Source: Gemmatimonadota bacterium
Lineage (GTDB): Bacteria; Gemmatimonadota; Gemmatimonadetes; Gemmatimonadales; GWC2-71-9
Direction of reading: 5' to 3'
Assembly (NCBI GenBank): GCA_036679605.1
Contig: JAZDCZ010000262.1
Location: 1-12,687 of the forward strand
Length of the DNA: 12,687 bases
A program made the position numbers and the translations under genes. Positions 1 through 7,936 of the stretch are shown here, one piece after another (position 1 is the stretch's first letter; each line of letters begins with the position of its first letter). The notes below the pieces were generated by a model, which was not told the origin of the DNA, did no database searches, and saw nothing but the letters and a program-made list of their open reading frames with translations.

Positions 1-1
1 A

Positions 2-991
2 TCGGCCGGTAATGCGGGCGAGTACTACACCCCACGTGCTGTCACCGCTTTCATGGTGGACCGCATCGACCCCAAGCCCGGCGAGACCCTGTTCGATCCC
101 GCCTGCGGCACCGGCGGATTTTTGACTTGCGCCATCCGTCACATGCGTGAGCGCTATGTGAAGCGGCCGGAGGACGAGCAGACGACGCAGGCGTCCTTAC
201 GTGCAGTGGAGAAGAAACAGCTTCCTCACATGCTCTGTGTCACCAACATGCTGCTGCATGGCATCGAAGACCCGAGTTTCGTGCGCCACGACAACACACT
301 GGCCCTTCCCTACATTAGTTGGGAGCGCAAGGACCGGGTGGACATCGTTCTCACCAACCCACCCTTCGGTGGGAAGGAAGAGGACGGCATAGAATCCAAC
401 TTCCCGCAGCACTTCCGCACGCGCGAGACGGCGGACCTGTTCCTTGCTCTCATTATTCGTTTGTTGAAGCCGGGTGGGCGTGCCGCTGTGGTGTTGCCAG
501 ACGGCTCTCTGTTTGGCGAGGGTGTGAAAACCCGGCTCAAGGAACAGCTGATGGAGGAGTGCAATCTCCACACCATCGTTCGCATGCCCAACTCTGTCTT
601 CCGCCCCTATGCCTCCATTGGCACCAACCTCCTGTTCTTCGAGAAGGGTGAACCGACGAAGGAGACCTGGTTCTATGAGCACCGCGTGCCCGAGGGGCAG
701 AAGGCCTATTCGATGACTCGGCCAATCCGGCTGGAACACCTCCAGCCCTGCATCGACTGGTGGGGTGGGGCCGAGCGCAAAGGGCGCGAGGAGACGGAGC
801 GCGCGTGGAAAGTCACGACGGAGGAGGTGAAGGCGCGCGGCTACAACCTCGACATCAAGAACCCGCACACGGTTGAGGACGACCACGGCGACCCGGAAAA
901 ACTGCTGGCGCAGCTAACCAGCGCCGAGGCTGAGGCGGCGAAGCTACGCGACCGGCTCAAGGTTATCCTGGGGGAGGCCCTGCTGCGATGA
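2..991 (+). CDS. hsdM: Type I restriction-modification N6-adenine methyltransferase subunit, 5'-truncated by the window edge
   Basis: The frame is open from base 2 (SAGNAGEYYTPRAVTAFMVD, the conserved GE/QYYTP motif). Motif I is FDPACGTGGFL and motif IV is NPPFGG. The stop overlaps the hsdS start (ATGA). Confidence 0.95.
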   Translation, partial: SAGNAGEYYTPRAVTAFMVDRIDPKPGETLFDPACGTGGFLTCAIRHMRERYVKRPEDEQTTQASLRAVEKKQLPHMLCVTNMLLHGIEDPSFVRHDNTLALPYISWERKDRVDIVLTNPPFGGKEEDGIESNFPQHFRTRETADLFLALIIRLLKPGGRAAVVLPDGSLFGEGVKTRLKEQLMEECNLHTIVRMPNSVFRPYASIGTNLLFFEKGEPTKETWFYEHRVPEGQKAYSMTRPIRLEHLQPCIDWWGGAERKGREETERAWKVTTEEVKARGYNLDIKNPHTVEDDHGDPEKLLAQLTSAEAEAAKLRDRLKVILGEALLR

Positions 992-2706
992 ACGCGGAAC
1001 AGCTGCTTACCCATTACGACCGCATTGCCGACGCGCCCTGTGCGATACCGCGTCTGCGGCGGTTCATTCTAGATCTGGCTGTGCGTGGCAAGTTGGTGCC
1101 GTGGGACCCGAACGATGAACCGGCGTTGGAACTGCTGCAACGAATAGCAGAGGAGAAGGCAAGGCTGGTGAGAGCGCGTGAAATCAAAACGCAGAAGGTG
1201 CTGCCGCAGCTAGAGGAAGAGGAGATTCCGTTTCAACTGCCGAACGGTTGGCACTGGGCCCGCCTCGGACTGTTGGCGTCCTATATACAACGCGGCAAGT
1301 CTCCGAAGTACGTTATCAGCAACGGACTACCAGTCATCTCTCAGAAATGTATCCAGTGGTCTGGCTTGGACCTAAGCGTAGCGAAGCAGATCGACGCTGA
1401 CTGCCTATCCAAATATGAAGATGTCCGCTTTCTACGTGACGGCGATCTGCTTTGGAACTCGACGGGCACGGGCACCATCGGACGGCTGATCCGGTTAGCG
1501 TCGCCACCTGAGAAGCTGGTTTGCGATAGCCACGTAACAGTTGTTCGGTGCCTCCTTGTCGATCCTGAGTATATTCGGACGTGGCTGCGGTGCGACGAAG
1601 TCTATGGACTGATCGAGGAACGAGCAGCGGGGTCAACAAATCAGGTAGAACTGACTGCGGCAATGGCACTCAACCAACCTGTTCCCCTCCCGCCTCTCGC
1701 CGAGCAGCATCGTATCGTCGCTAAGATGGATGAACTGATGGTGCTGTGCGACCGGTTGGAGGCGGCACGTGAGGAGCGCGAAGCAACGCGTGACCGGTTG
1801 GCGGTGGCGAGTCTCGCTCGATTGAACTGTTCTGGCCCGGATAGACAAGCCTTACGCAAACATGCCGCTCAGGCGCTGGAAATCCTCACCCCTCTGACCA
1901 CCCGTTCAGATCAGATCAAGCTTCTCCGCCAGACTATCTTGAACCTGGCGGTGCGTGGAAAGTTGGTGCCGCAGGACCCGAGCGACGAACCGGCGTCGGA
2001 ACTGCTGAAGCGTATCGCGGCAGAGAAGGCAAAGCTGATAAACACGGGGCAGATCAGGAAGCCAAAACGCTTGGCCGCGATCGAACCGGAGGAGCCTTTA
2101 TTTGATCCGCCGCGTGGATGGGTGTGGTCGCGCCTTTTGGAGATCAGCCGAAGAATCCACTATGGCTTTACGGCATCAGCAAACCGAGCGATTGACGATG
2201 TTCGACTGCTTCGGATCACGGACATTCAGGACAACAAAGTCGAATGGAGTTCGGTGCCGGGCTGCGAAATCGACGAAAAGACGCTGCCTCAGTTCAAGCT
2301 TCAAAAGGGGGACGTTTTAATTGCGCGTACTGGCGGGACGATTGGCAAATCATTTTTGGTAAGAGACCTCCCGGTTACTGCGGTTTTTGCTTCCTACCTC
2401 ATCCGAGTGTGCGTTTTCTGTGGAGTCTACGACCGGTATCTGAAGCTCTTTCTGGAATCCCCGGTGTATTGGTCACAGTTGGAAGACGGTGCGCGGGGTG
2501 CTGGCCAACCCAACGTCAATGGGCAGACGCTCGGTAAGATGCTCGTACCCCTTCCCCCCCTTGCCGAGCAGCGCCGCATCGTTCACAAGGTCGATGAGTT
2601 GATGGCGCTGTCGGATAGGCTGGAAACACAGCTGGTCCTGGCACGAGATGCGTGTGGCCAACTGCTTGAAGCGGTTCTTCATGAAGCTCTCGCTTCGGCG
2701 GCGTGA
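988..2706 (+). CDS. hsdS: Type I restriction-modification specificity subunit with two TRDs, EcoAI/type IB-like layout
   Basis: It has a duplicated conserved block ILDLAVRGKLVP.DP.DEPA.ELL and two P.PPLAEQ.RIV.K.DELM.L.DRLE coiled-coil motifs, and is coupled to hsdM. Confidence 0.95.
   Translation: MNAEQLLTHYDRIADAPCAIPRLRRFILDLAVRGKLVPWDPNDEPALELLQRIAEEKARLVRAREIKTQKVLPQLEEEEIPFQLPNGWHWARLGLLASYIQRGKSPKYVISNGLPVISQKCIQWSGLDLSVAKQIDADCLSKYEDVRFLRDGDLLWNSTGTGTIGRLIRLASPPEKLVCDSHVTVVRCLLVDPEYIRTWLRCDEVYGLIEERAAGSTNQVELTAAMALNQPVPLPPLAEQHRIVAKMDELMVLCDRLEAAREEREATRDRLAVASLARLNCSGPDRQALRKHAAQALEILTPLTTRSDQIKLLRQTILNLAVRGKLVPQDPSDEPASELLKRIAAEKAKLINTGQIRKPKRLAAIEPEEPLFDPPRGWVWSRLLEISRRIHYGFTASANRAIDDVRLLRITDIQDNKVEWSSVPGCEIDEKTLPQFKLQKGDVLIARTGGTIGKSFLVRDLPVTAVFASYLIRVCVFCGVYDRYLKLFLESPVYWSQLEDGARGAGQPNVNGQTLGKMLVPLPPLAEQRRIVHKVDELMALSDRLETQLVLARDACGQLLEAVLHEALASAA
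1075..2037 (+). repeat. Internal ~93-bp direct repeat within hsdS (1075-1167 and 1945-2037)
   Basis: CTGGCTGTGCGTGGCAAGTTGGTGCCG..GACCCGAACGATGAACCGGCG aligns with CTGGCGGTGCGTGGAAAGTTGGTGCCG..GACCCGAGCGACGAACCGGCG. These encode the conserved regions flanking the TRDs. Confidence 0.85.
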
Positions 2707-2790
2707 GCGAGCCTGGCCATGAGGAGCCGCAACGTGATCCAGGAGGCCAGTCCATACCGTCATTCGCTCAGTTAGTTATCGCTCGCAAGA

Positions 2791-3528
2791 CTATGCCACA
2801 CGCGGTCTGGCCCAGATCCAACCCTCTTTGACGGCCAGAGCGTGGTCTTCGGGAGCGAAGCAACTCCCGTCGAGGAAGTCGAAACCGGCCAGCACGCAGA
2901 TCGCTGCGTCCAGCACATGGTCGCTGGACACGAGCTGTGTGCACACGTCAGCATCGAACAGCATTCTTGAGGTGAGGTCCTTTGCGATCTCCGCTCGCTG
3001 CGACTCGCGCCCCGTTTTTTTGTACTGCTTCGAACGGAGTCCGTGGGCGGAAAGGGTGACGGTGGGGTAAACCTCGATCACGGAGGGATCTGTCACCATC
3101 GGTTCCCAGGCAAGCGGTATGGGCAATTCGGTCGCGGCTCGAAGTTCGCCGAGAAACTGAACTGCTGCATGCGCGGTGCGCGCAATGTGATCAGCCCCAA
3201 CATCAAGCGGTTGTCTGTCGAGCTTCTGTTTGATGACACGATCGGTCTCGCGGCGAAACATCTGATTTGCCGGCACTGCGATGGGTTGTCCCGCCGTGTG
3301 CTTATTGAGATTCGAACCGAGCGGCGCAGGCCAGCCTAGAGGTGCGTCAAGCGCAAGCAGGCAGGCATCTCCCAATGGCATCCATGACATGACCTTCTCA
3401 AGGACGGTGGAATGACTACCAAGCCGATCAACAGCCAGGAGCCTCCTAGGAGTCGATGTAGAAAATTCGCCTACTGCAAGGCCGATGTTCTTGGGGTCAG
3501 TCGCGCAATCGACTCCGATGACAATCAC
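2791..3528 (-). CDS. DUF429-family predicted RNase H-like nuclease (cassette 8)
   Basis: Motifs are IGVD (N-terminal), LALDAPLGWP, VIEVYP and DHVLDAAIC. The GTG start has a GAGGTGAG RBS and lies just after a GTTGCAC core. Confidence 0.75.
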   Translation of the reverse strand: MIVIGVDCATDPKNIGLAVGEFSTSTPRRLLAVDRLGSHSTVLEKVMSWMPLGDACLLALDAPLGWPAPLGSNLNKHTAGQPIAVPANQMFRRETDRVIKQKLDRQPLDVGADHIARTAHAAVQFLGELRAATELPIPLAWEPMVTDPSVIEVYPTVTLSAHGLRSKQYKKTGRESQRAEIAKDLTSRMLFDADVCTQLVSSDHVLDAAICVLAGFDFLDGSCFAPEDHALAVKEGWIWARPRVA

Positions 3529-3548
3529 CGCTCACCTCGGTTGTCTCG

Positions 3549-3610
3549 GTGCAACGTCTTTACGTTCAGCGGTGAGGCGAAGCCTCGTCGGCTGAAGCGC
3601 CTTCCCGGGT
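3549..3610 (-). mobile_element. attC site 7, with degenerate R'' box
   Basis: The minus strand reads ACCCGGG-AAGGCG-CTTCAGCCGACGAGGCTTCGCCTCACCGCTGAAC-GTAAAGAC-GTTGCAC. It has a typical attC L''/L' stem and an R' GTT, but the AAC of R'' is replaced by GGG. Confidence 0.7.
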
Positions 3611-4309
3611 CGCTCGTGGTTCCAGCATTCCAATCAGCTGGCGCAGGTTCCTAATTTGCCGATCAATATCCGCCGCACGTGGTGTCTCAGTGCCGTGCAC
3701 GAGGTTGTTTCGGAACGCGCGCAGAGAGTCCCACAGCGTCGCGGCCTCACTAGACACGCCTTCAAGGAATTCCTGTTTCCAATAGTATGTAAAGTCGTCC
3801 TTCGGTGGGAGAAGCGTGCGGAGGCTGCGGTCGAACCTCGTCCAGAGCTGCAAGAATTCGCCGGTCTTCGTGTGAATAACAGTTTTTTCGTTGACGTGGG
3901 GAACATCACCGAATAGATTCTCGAACAACGCCAAGGCGACCTGGAAGTATGCCTCTACTCGGGCGCGCTCCACGGTAACTCCGTTGCCAGAATGGTAAAG
4001 CTGATTTCGAAGCCGGTGATACCACTCGATGTCGCCCAGGTCGACGCCGGTCAACTTATCGGCGGCGTAACGATCCAGCATGTCCAGCAGGGCCGGGAAC
4101 GATTCGCTGGCTGCCTCTAGTTCCTGGCGGCCAGGTCCATTCGTGCCACGCGCTCGCTTCGGGAGACCCAGGTGGGTCTTGATCGTTAGCTCAACCGCGT
4201 TGTCGATGCTGACCATCGCGATACGTCGATCAAAGTCTTCGCCCAAGCCGAGATGGTCGGCTGCGTGTTGCAGTAGCTCTCGAGGGCCATCTGTCCAAGG
4301 TCCGCTCAT
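3566..4309 (-). CDS. Putative HEPN-domain protein with two RxxxxH motifs, 247 aa (cassette 7)
   Basis: The real start is probably ATG 4309 (MSGPWTDG, AGGA RBS, 11 nt after a GTTGGGA core). It has an N-terminal D..VE motif, RNQLYH and RNNLVH. Confidence 0.65.
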   Translation of the reverse strand: MSGPWTDGPRELLQHAADHLGLGEDFDRRIAMVSIDNAVELTIKTHLGLPKRARGTNGPGRQELEAASESFPALLDMLDRYAADKLTGVDLGDIEWYHRLRNQLYHSGNGVTVERARVEAYFQVALALFENLFGDVPHVNEKTVIHTKTGEFLQLWTRFDRSLRTLLPPKDDFTYYWKQEFLEGVSSEAATLWDSLRAFRNNLVHGTETPRAADIDRQIRNLRQLIGMLEPRATREGASADEASPHR

Positions 4310-4320
4310 TGTTCCTGTCT

Positions 4321-4398
4321 TCCCAACTGTCGAACTCCACCGGCCACTAGGGGGCGCAAACCGCCGAGTATCGGTCCGGTGGCGAGTTCCGGTTCGGC
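4321..4398 (-). mobile_element. attC site 6, overlapping the DUF5131 3' end
   Basis: The minus strand reads GCCGAAC-CGGAACTCG-CCACCGGACC...GGCCGGTGG-AGTTCGACA-GTTGGGA. Its R'' GCCGAAC is the exact complement of GTTCGGC at the start of this cassette (6015-6009). Confidence 0.75.
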
Positions 4399-5126
4399 CC
4401 GCCTTGCCACCGTGTCTTCGGCTTGGGCATCTCGCTCCATGTGACCCCATCCAAAACGCGACCACTCGGCTTCTTGCGAACACCACCCCATTGCTTGAAG
4501 AAGAACGGCACCTCGAGGTGTACACACTGATCACGGATCTGACGGACCCAAGAAACATCGACCGGCCGTGCGCCGGGGCCAGACTCACCACCGGCGATCA
4601 CCCAGTCGATGCCGGTGAGCGACAAAGACGGCAGAGCAGAGAGCAACGGTTCGAGCGACAGGAATCGAACCCCGGATGGAACACGCCGCAGCAGTTCGAT
4701 ACGTTCGTAGTACTCCTCGGTCTCTACACTGACCCCTGCCCAAATCTGTTCCGGCCACGGAAGGCGATCGGCAAGGGACAACAGTCGTTCTGGTCGTTTC
4801 GTCAGGATCTGGAAAGTATGCTGAGGCGCGGCGGCCATCGTCTTGAAGACGCTCTCGATGAACGACGTGGGTACGTGTTCATGGAAAAGGTCGCTCATCG
4901 AGTTCACAAAGATTAGCCTAGGCTTTCGCCATGACAACGGGGCGTCAAGAAGGTCTCGCTGAAGGGTCACCGTAAACCCATGTCGATACCTTGGTTGTCC
5001 CATTGCCTCTAGACGCTTAGCCATTCTTTCTGCATAGCAGTACTTGCAGCCTGGACTCACCTTCGTGCACCCGGTTACGGGATTCCACGTAGCCTCAGTC
5101 CACTCGATCGAGGATGTTTGAGCCAT
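4347..5126 (-). CDS. DUF5131 (phage Gp37/Gp68-like, radical-SAM-like three-Cys motif) protein (cassette 6)
   Basis: Motifs are [61 protein letters not shown] and PFFFKQWGG. Confidence 0.92.
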   Translation of the reverse strand: MAQTSSIEWTEATWNPVTGCTKVSPGCKYCYAERMAKRLEAMGQPRYRHGFTVTLQRDLLDAPLSWRKPRLIFVNSMSDLFHEHVPTSFIESVFKTMAAAPQHTFQILTKRPERLLSLADRLPWPEQIWAGVSVETEEYYERIELLRRVPSGVRFLSLEPLLSALPSLSLTGIDWVIAGGESGPGARPVDVSWVRQIRDQCVHLEVPFFFKQWGGVRKKPSGRVLDGVTWSEMPKPKTRWQGGPNRNSPPDRYSAVCAP

Positions 5127-5135
5127 TCGGATTTC

Positions 5136-5990
5136 CTAGAAGAGGCTCCCCTGCGCGTTTGCGTACTTCGAGGCTTGTCTCCAGAAGCGCTCGCCAAGCG
5201 GATGCCGACTGAAAAAGGCTAGGCGGTAGAGAGGGAGATTCTTCTTGTAAGACCGTATCAGCTCCGTACGAGCGATGCCCTCGTATCTGTATCCCAACTC
5301 CGTCATCGAGGCACCGAAGCTGTCTGTCAGGAAGCGATCGAACGTAATCCGCTGAGCTTGTGCAGCGGACCAGTCGATCCGCCAGGGCCTACCGAGGAAG
5401 CGCTCTACGGTCTCGTCCGCTGGTTGCAGGTATACCTTGTCCACATTGCGAGTCGCATCCATTCCCGTCGGTATGAGGATAAGAAAATCGATGAAGCGCT
5501 CTGCGGCAAGTGTGCGGATCGTTTCGAAACGGAGGTCGCGCATTCTGAACGGATCGACTAAGCAGAATGTTAGTACTTTCTGGCTTCTGGAGGGCGGCGG
5601 TAGCTTGGAGAGAATCTCATCAGTATTTGTATTTGCGTCGCCGGGCACAAAGTGCACGTTAATATCAGTAGTGAAGGTGGCCATGCGCTGTTCGAGAGCG
5701 GCAAGCTTGCTCGATTCCTCTTCGCAGAAGACGTAACAGTCGAAGTGGTCTGGCACTCCCAACGCGACGAACGGTGAGCCCCAGGTCAGACGACCTGAGC
5801 CGCGGATTCTGGACACGCCTGGTCCCGCGAAGAGATCGAGATACGCCCGGCAATCCCACTTGCCTTTCATAGCCGTAGAAAACAACGCGGCGTATATGCC
5901 CACCAGCTTCAACTTGTCTTCTGTCCAAGGGCCGACCTCCGAAACGACGAGGTCGTCTGGTCGAGGCGGAGATGCCGAATCGACGAGCAT
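5136..5990 (-). CDS. tcmP: Three-Cys-motif partner protein TcmP, SAM-dependent methyltransferase fold (cassette 6)
   Basis: Motifs are GPWTEDKL, YLDLFAGPG, GSP, GDAN, FCLVDPF and YRLAFFSRHPLG. It lies immediately upstream of DUF5131, the usual partner arrangement. Confidence 0.85.
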   Translation of the reverse strand: MLVDSASPPRPDDLVVSEVGPWTEDKLKLVGIYAALFSTAMKGKWDCRAYLDLFAGPGVSRIRGSGRLTWGSPFVALGVPDHFDCYVFCEEESSKLAALEQRMATFTTDINVHFVPGDANTNTDEILSKLPPPSRSQKVLTFCLVDPFRMRDLRFETIRTLAAERFIDFLILIPTGMDATRNVDKVYLQPADETVERFLGRPWRIDWSAAQAQRITFDRFLTDSFGASMTELGYRYEGIARTELIRSYKKNLPLYRLAFFSRHPLGERFWRQASKYANAQGSLF

Positions 5991-6008
5991 TAGCTAGAAC
6001 TCAAAGCG

Positions 6009-6070
6009 GCCGAACTGCCTCGGCATCAGCTGCGGCAAGCAGCGCTGTCAGACGCATGCCGTTGATACTC
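6009..6070 (-). mobile_element. attC site 5, with degenerate R''
   Basis: The minus strand reads GAGTATC-AACGGCATGCGTCTGACAGCGCTGCTTGCCGCAGCTGATGCCGAGGCA-GTTCGGC. It is closely related to attC2 (shared AACGGCATGC...GCTGAT). Confidence 0.7.
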
Positions 6071-6136
6071 ATCAAGCCCTCCTCCCGTACCCACCCATTA
6101 GGCGGCGTTCGGCTCAGAAGCATCCACAGCACCATG

Positions 6137-6523
6137 CTACAGCGGCGGAGCAAAACGTATCCAGTCTGCTCCGAAGAATAAGATCGTCGGTATCACTGCG
6201 TGAACGCCATTGTTGACAAACTCCGTCTCGAACTGAAAACCCTGGTTGTGGAAACATACGAAGCGCACCCAGCGAGCCAGAATACTGCTGACAGTAGAAT
6301 CCGAGTACTCCGTTTCGCGGTCGAAGTAACCGCGCCAGTTCTGGAAATCCACGGTAGCCTGTACGGATTCTGTCGGCAGGCCAAATTTAACGCAACAGGA
6401 AGGTCGAACAATATGATCGACCGGGACAACCGGGCCATTAGCCACGCCCCAGAACTCTAGACTTCGTTCGTAGTCATGCTCAGCGCAATCCACAAATACC
6501 GTGATAAGTCGGCTTCGATGCAT
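6137..6523 (-). pseudogene. Probable chimeric remnant (cassette 5): N-terminal ~28 aa of a VOC/glyoxalase-like protein joined to unrelated sequence
   Basis: It has a strong RBS (GGAGGAG). MHRSRLITVFVDC...SLEFWG resembles the start of glyoxalase-like proteins, but the rest has no recognisable VOC motifs. It is flanked by damaged attC sites. Confidence 0.4.
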
Positions 6524-6549
6524 GGCTTCTCCTCCTAGTGTCCCTCTCC

Positions 6550-6576
6550 CGCGCCAGCAGCAGTGCCGTGTTAGAC
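6550..6576 (-). mobile_element. attC site 4, truncated (R'' and L''-like part only)
   Basis: The minus strand reads GTCTAAC-ACGGCA-CTGCTGCTGGCG. The gene's TAA stop lies within R''. No L'/R' half precedes the next RBS. Confidence 0.6.
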
Positions 6577-7332
6577 CGGGGGCCTCCCGCGCATGGGATT
6601 GAACCTGAGGCAGTCGTGATAGAACTCCGGAAGTCCGGAGTTGGCATCGTGCTCGTCAATGTGGCCGATGATACTTTCCCACGAAAGAAGATCTACCACG
6701 ATCGCTTCGAGCGTTGGAAGAAACGAGTCTTTGAACCAAGCATCGTGCGTTCCATCGTACTGAGCGACACGCGCCTTGACCTGGCTGCGGATTTTCTTCT
6801 TGGTAACAAAATCCTCGAAGACGCCGGATTGGATTTGTTGCTCGGGCGCCGCGACAAAGAACCCGAGCGAGTGGAGAGCCCTAGGCTGGATGCCAGCTAC
6901 CTGGACGACATGTGCAACGCAGGCGACGTTGCGAGCGGCCTGTCCATAACCGCTGGAGTTCTTGACCCCCTTGGAAAGGCGACTCCCGAGCTTTGCTTCA
7001 ATGACGACGAATTGCTCGGCGTCCTTGCGCAGGGTCGCCTCGCCGCTCTCGCCGGGAGAGATCTCGAAGTGCCCCATGACGCCGTCAGCATGGGTGAAGG
7101 ACTCGGCGAGCGTATCTGTGCGCCGAGTCGGCAAGAATTGGGAGGCAAGCAACGCCTCCGAGTACCAGCGTGCGCCCTTCTGAACAGCGAACGGATGACC
7201 TGTGGTACGTTCTCGCTCAAACCAGTCGAGTACTAGGCGGAGTAGCCAACCTTCGTTGTAGAGCTCGGTAGGTGGAAGCACTGTCGCCTCCGTCCCGCAT
7301 CTGAGCAGCAATTCGGCTACACGCTTCGACAT
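6571..7332 (-). CDS. Hypothetical PD-(D/E)XK nuclease-like protein, 253 aa (cassette 4)
   Basis: The likely start is ATG 7332 (MSKRVAELL, GGAG RBS, just after the GTCAGAC core). Motifs are NEGW, THADGVMG, VVIEAKLGS and YGQAARN. Confidence 0.6.
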   Translation of the reverse strand: MSKRVAELLLRCGTEATVLPPTELYNEGWLLRLVLDWFERERTTGHPFAVQKGARWYSEALLASQFLPTRRTDTLAESFTHADGVMGHFEISPGESGEATLRKDAEQFVVIEAKLGSRLSKGVKNSSGYGQAARNVACVAHVVQVAGIQPRALHSLGFFVAAPEQQIQSGVFEDFVTKKKIRSQVKARVAQYDGTHDAWFKDSFLPTLEAIVVDLLSWESIIGHIDEHDANSGLPEFYHDCLRFNPMRGRPPV

Positions 7333-7342
7333 TCGCTCCGCC

Positions 7343-7413
7343 GTCTGACGTTGAGCCCAGCTGCCGTTTTTGAACGCAGCGAAAAACCGGTCAGCTGGAA
7401 ACCGATGTGAGGT
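7343..7413 (-). mobile_element. attC site 3, both cores mutated (AAC>CAC, GTT>GTC)
   Basis: The minus strand reads ACCTCAC-ATCGGT-TTCCAGCTGACCGGTTTTTC...AAAAACGGCAGCTGGG-CTCAAC-GTCAGAC, with a long inverted repeat and a bulged A in L''. Confidence 0.8.
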
Positions 7414-7435
7414 GCGACCGCAGTCACTGCCACTT

Positions 7436-7936
7436 TCAATCCATGAATAGAGGAATGTGGGCAGCAATATCCTCATACGGCACATAACAATCAAACTTCA
7501 CCACATCAGACTGGTTGCGCTCATAGAATTCCTTTGGTGCTACCAGGACAGTCTGGAAGTCGGAGTAAGAACGGTATTTGGGGTCACCTAGCCATTGGCG
7601 TGCTCGATACGGATACATATCGGGTTGCAGAGGCTCGAATTTACCGTCCTTTTTCTTGTTTTCAATATGTAAGGCGAATGCTGATCCATCTTCAGCCTTA
7701 AAAACTACAAGAATATCGGTTTCAGATTCTCTGACTACAACCTCGTGTTCACCGGTAACCGGATTGATCCAATCCAGTTTTATCGGTCTCCATGGATGGT
7801 TCGAACGGGACCAATGGTAGCGACCTCCCGAGTTCGCAAACTTTGTCCTTCGAAGGAACCAGGAAACAAACTGAGGGGACTCCTTGAATGCTGCATCCAA
7901 GGCAAGATCGAGGTCCTTTTCGGTCGCTTCAGTCAC
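7436..7936 (-). CDS. PD-(D/E)XK superfamily nuclease-like protein, ~166 aa (second gene of cassette 3)
   Basis: The GTG start at 7936 (or 7939) overlaps the 3' end of the upstream ORF. Motifs are EKDLD, ETDILVVF, LHIENKK and QPDMY. Confidence 0.65.
   Translation of the reverse strand: MTEATEKDLDLALDAAFKESPQFVSWFLRRTKFANSGGRYHWSRSNHPWRPIKLDWINPVTGEHEVVVRESETDILVVFKAEDGSAFALHIENKKKDGKFEPLQPDMYPYRARQWLGDPKYRSYSDFQTVLVAPKEFYERNQSDVVKFDCYVPYEDIAAHIPLFMD

Noticed and set aside
1075..2037. hsdS repeats as a phase-variable shufflon
   Set aside because: The repeats are direct and are the normal conserved regions of HsdS. No inverted hsdS copy or invertase is present in the window.
4310..4591. N-terminal 94-aa extension of the 341-aa ORF 3566..4591
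   Set aside because: It overlaps DUF5131 and crosses attC6. An ATG with an RBS at 4309, just after the core site, is the better start.
4080..4916. 278-aa plus-strand ORF, and similar long antisense ORFs (197..886, 6538..7236, 11758..12276)
   Set aside because: These are shadow ORFs opposite well-supported genes in GC-rich DNA, with no recognisable motifs.
7333..7494. N-terminal 54-aa extension of ORF 6571..7494
   Set aside because: It runs through attC3 and the upstream gene. ATG 7332 has a GGAG RBS.
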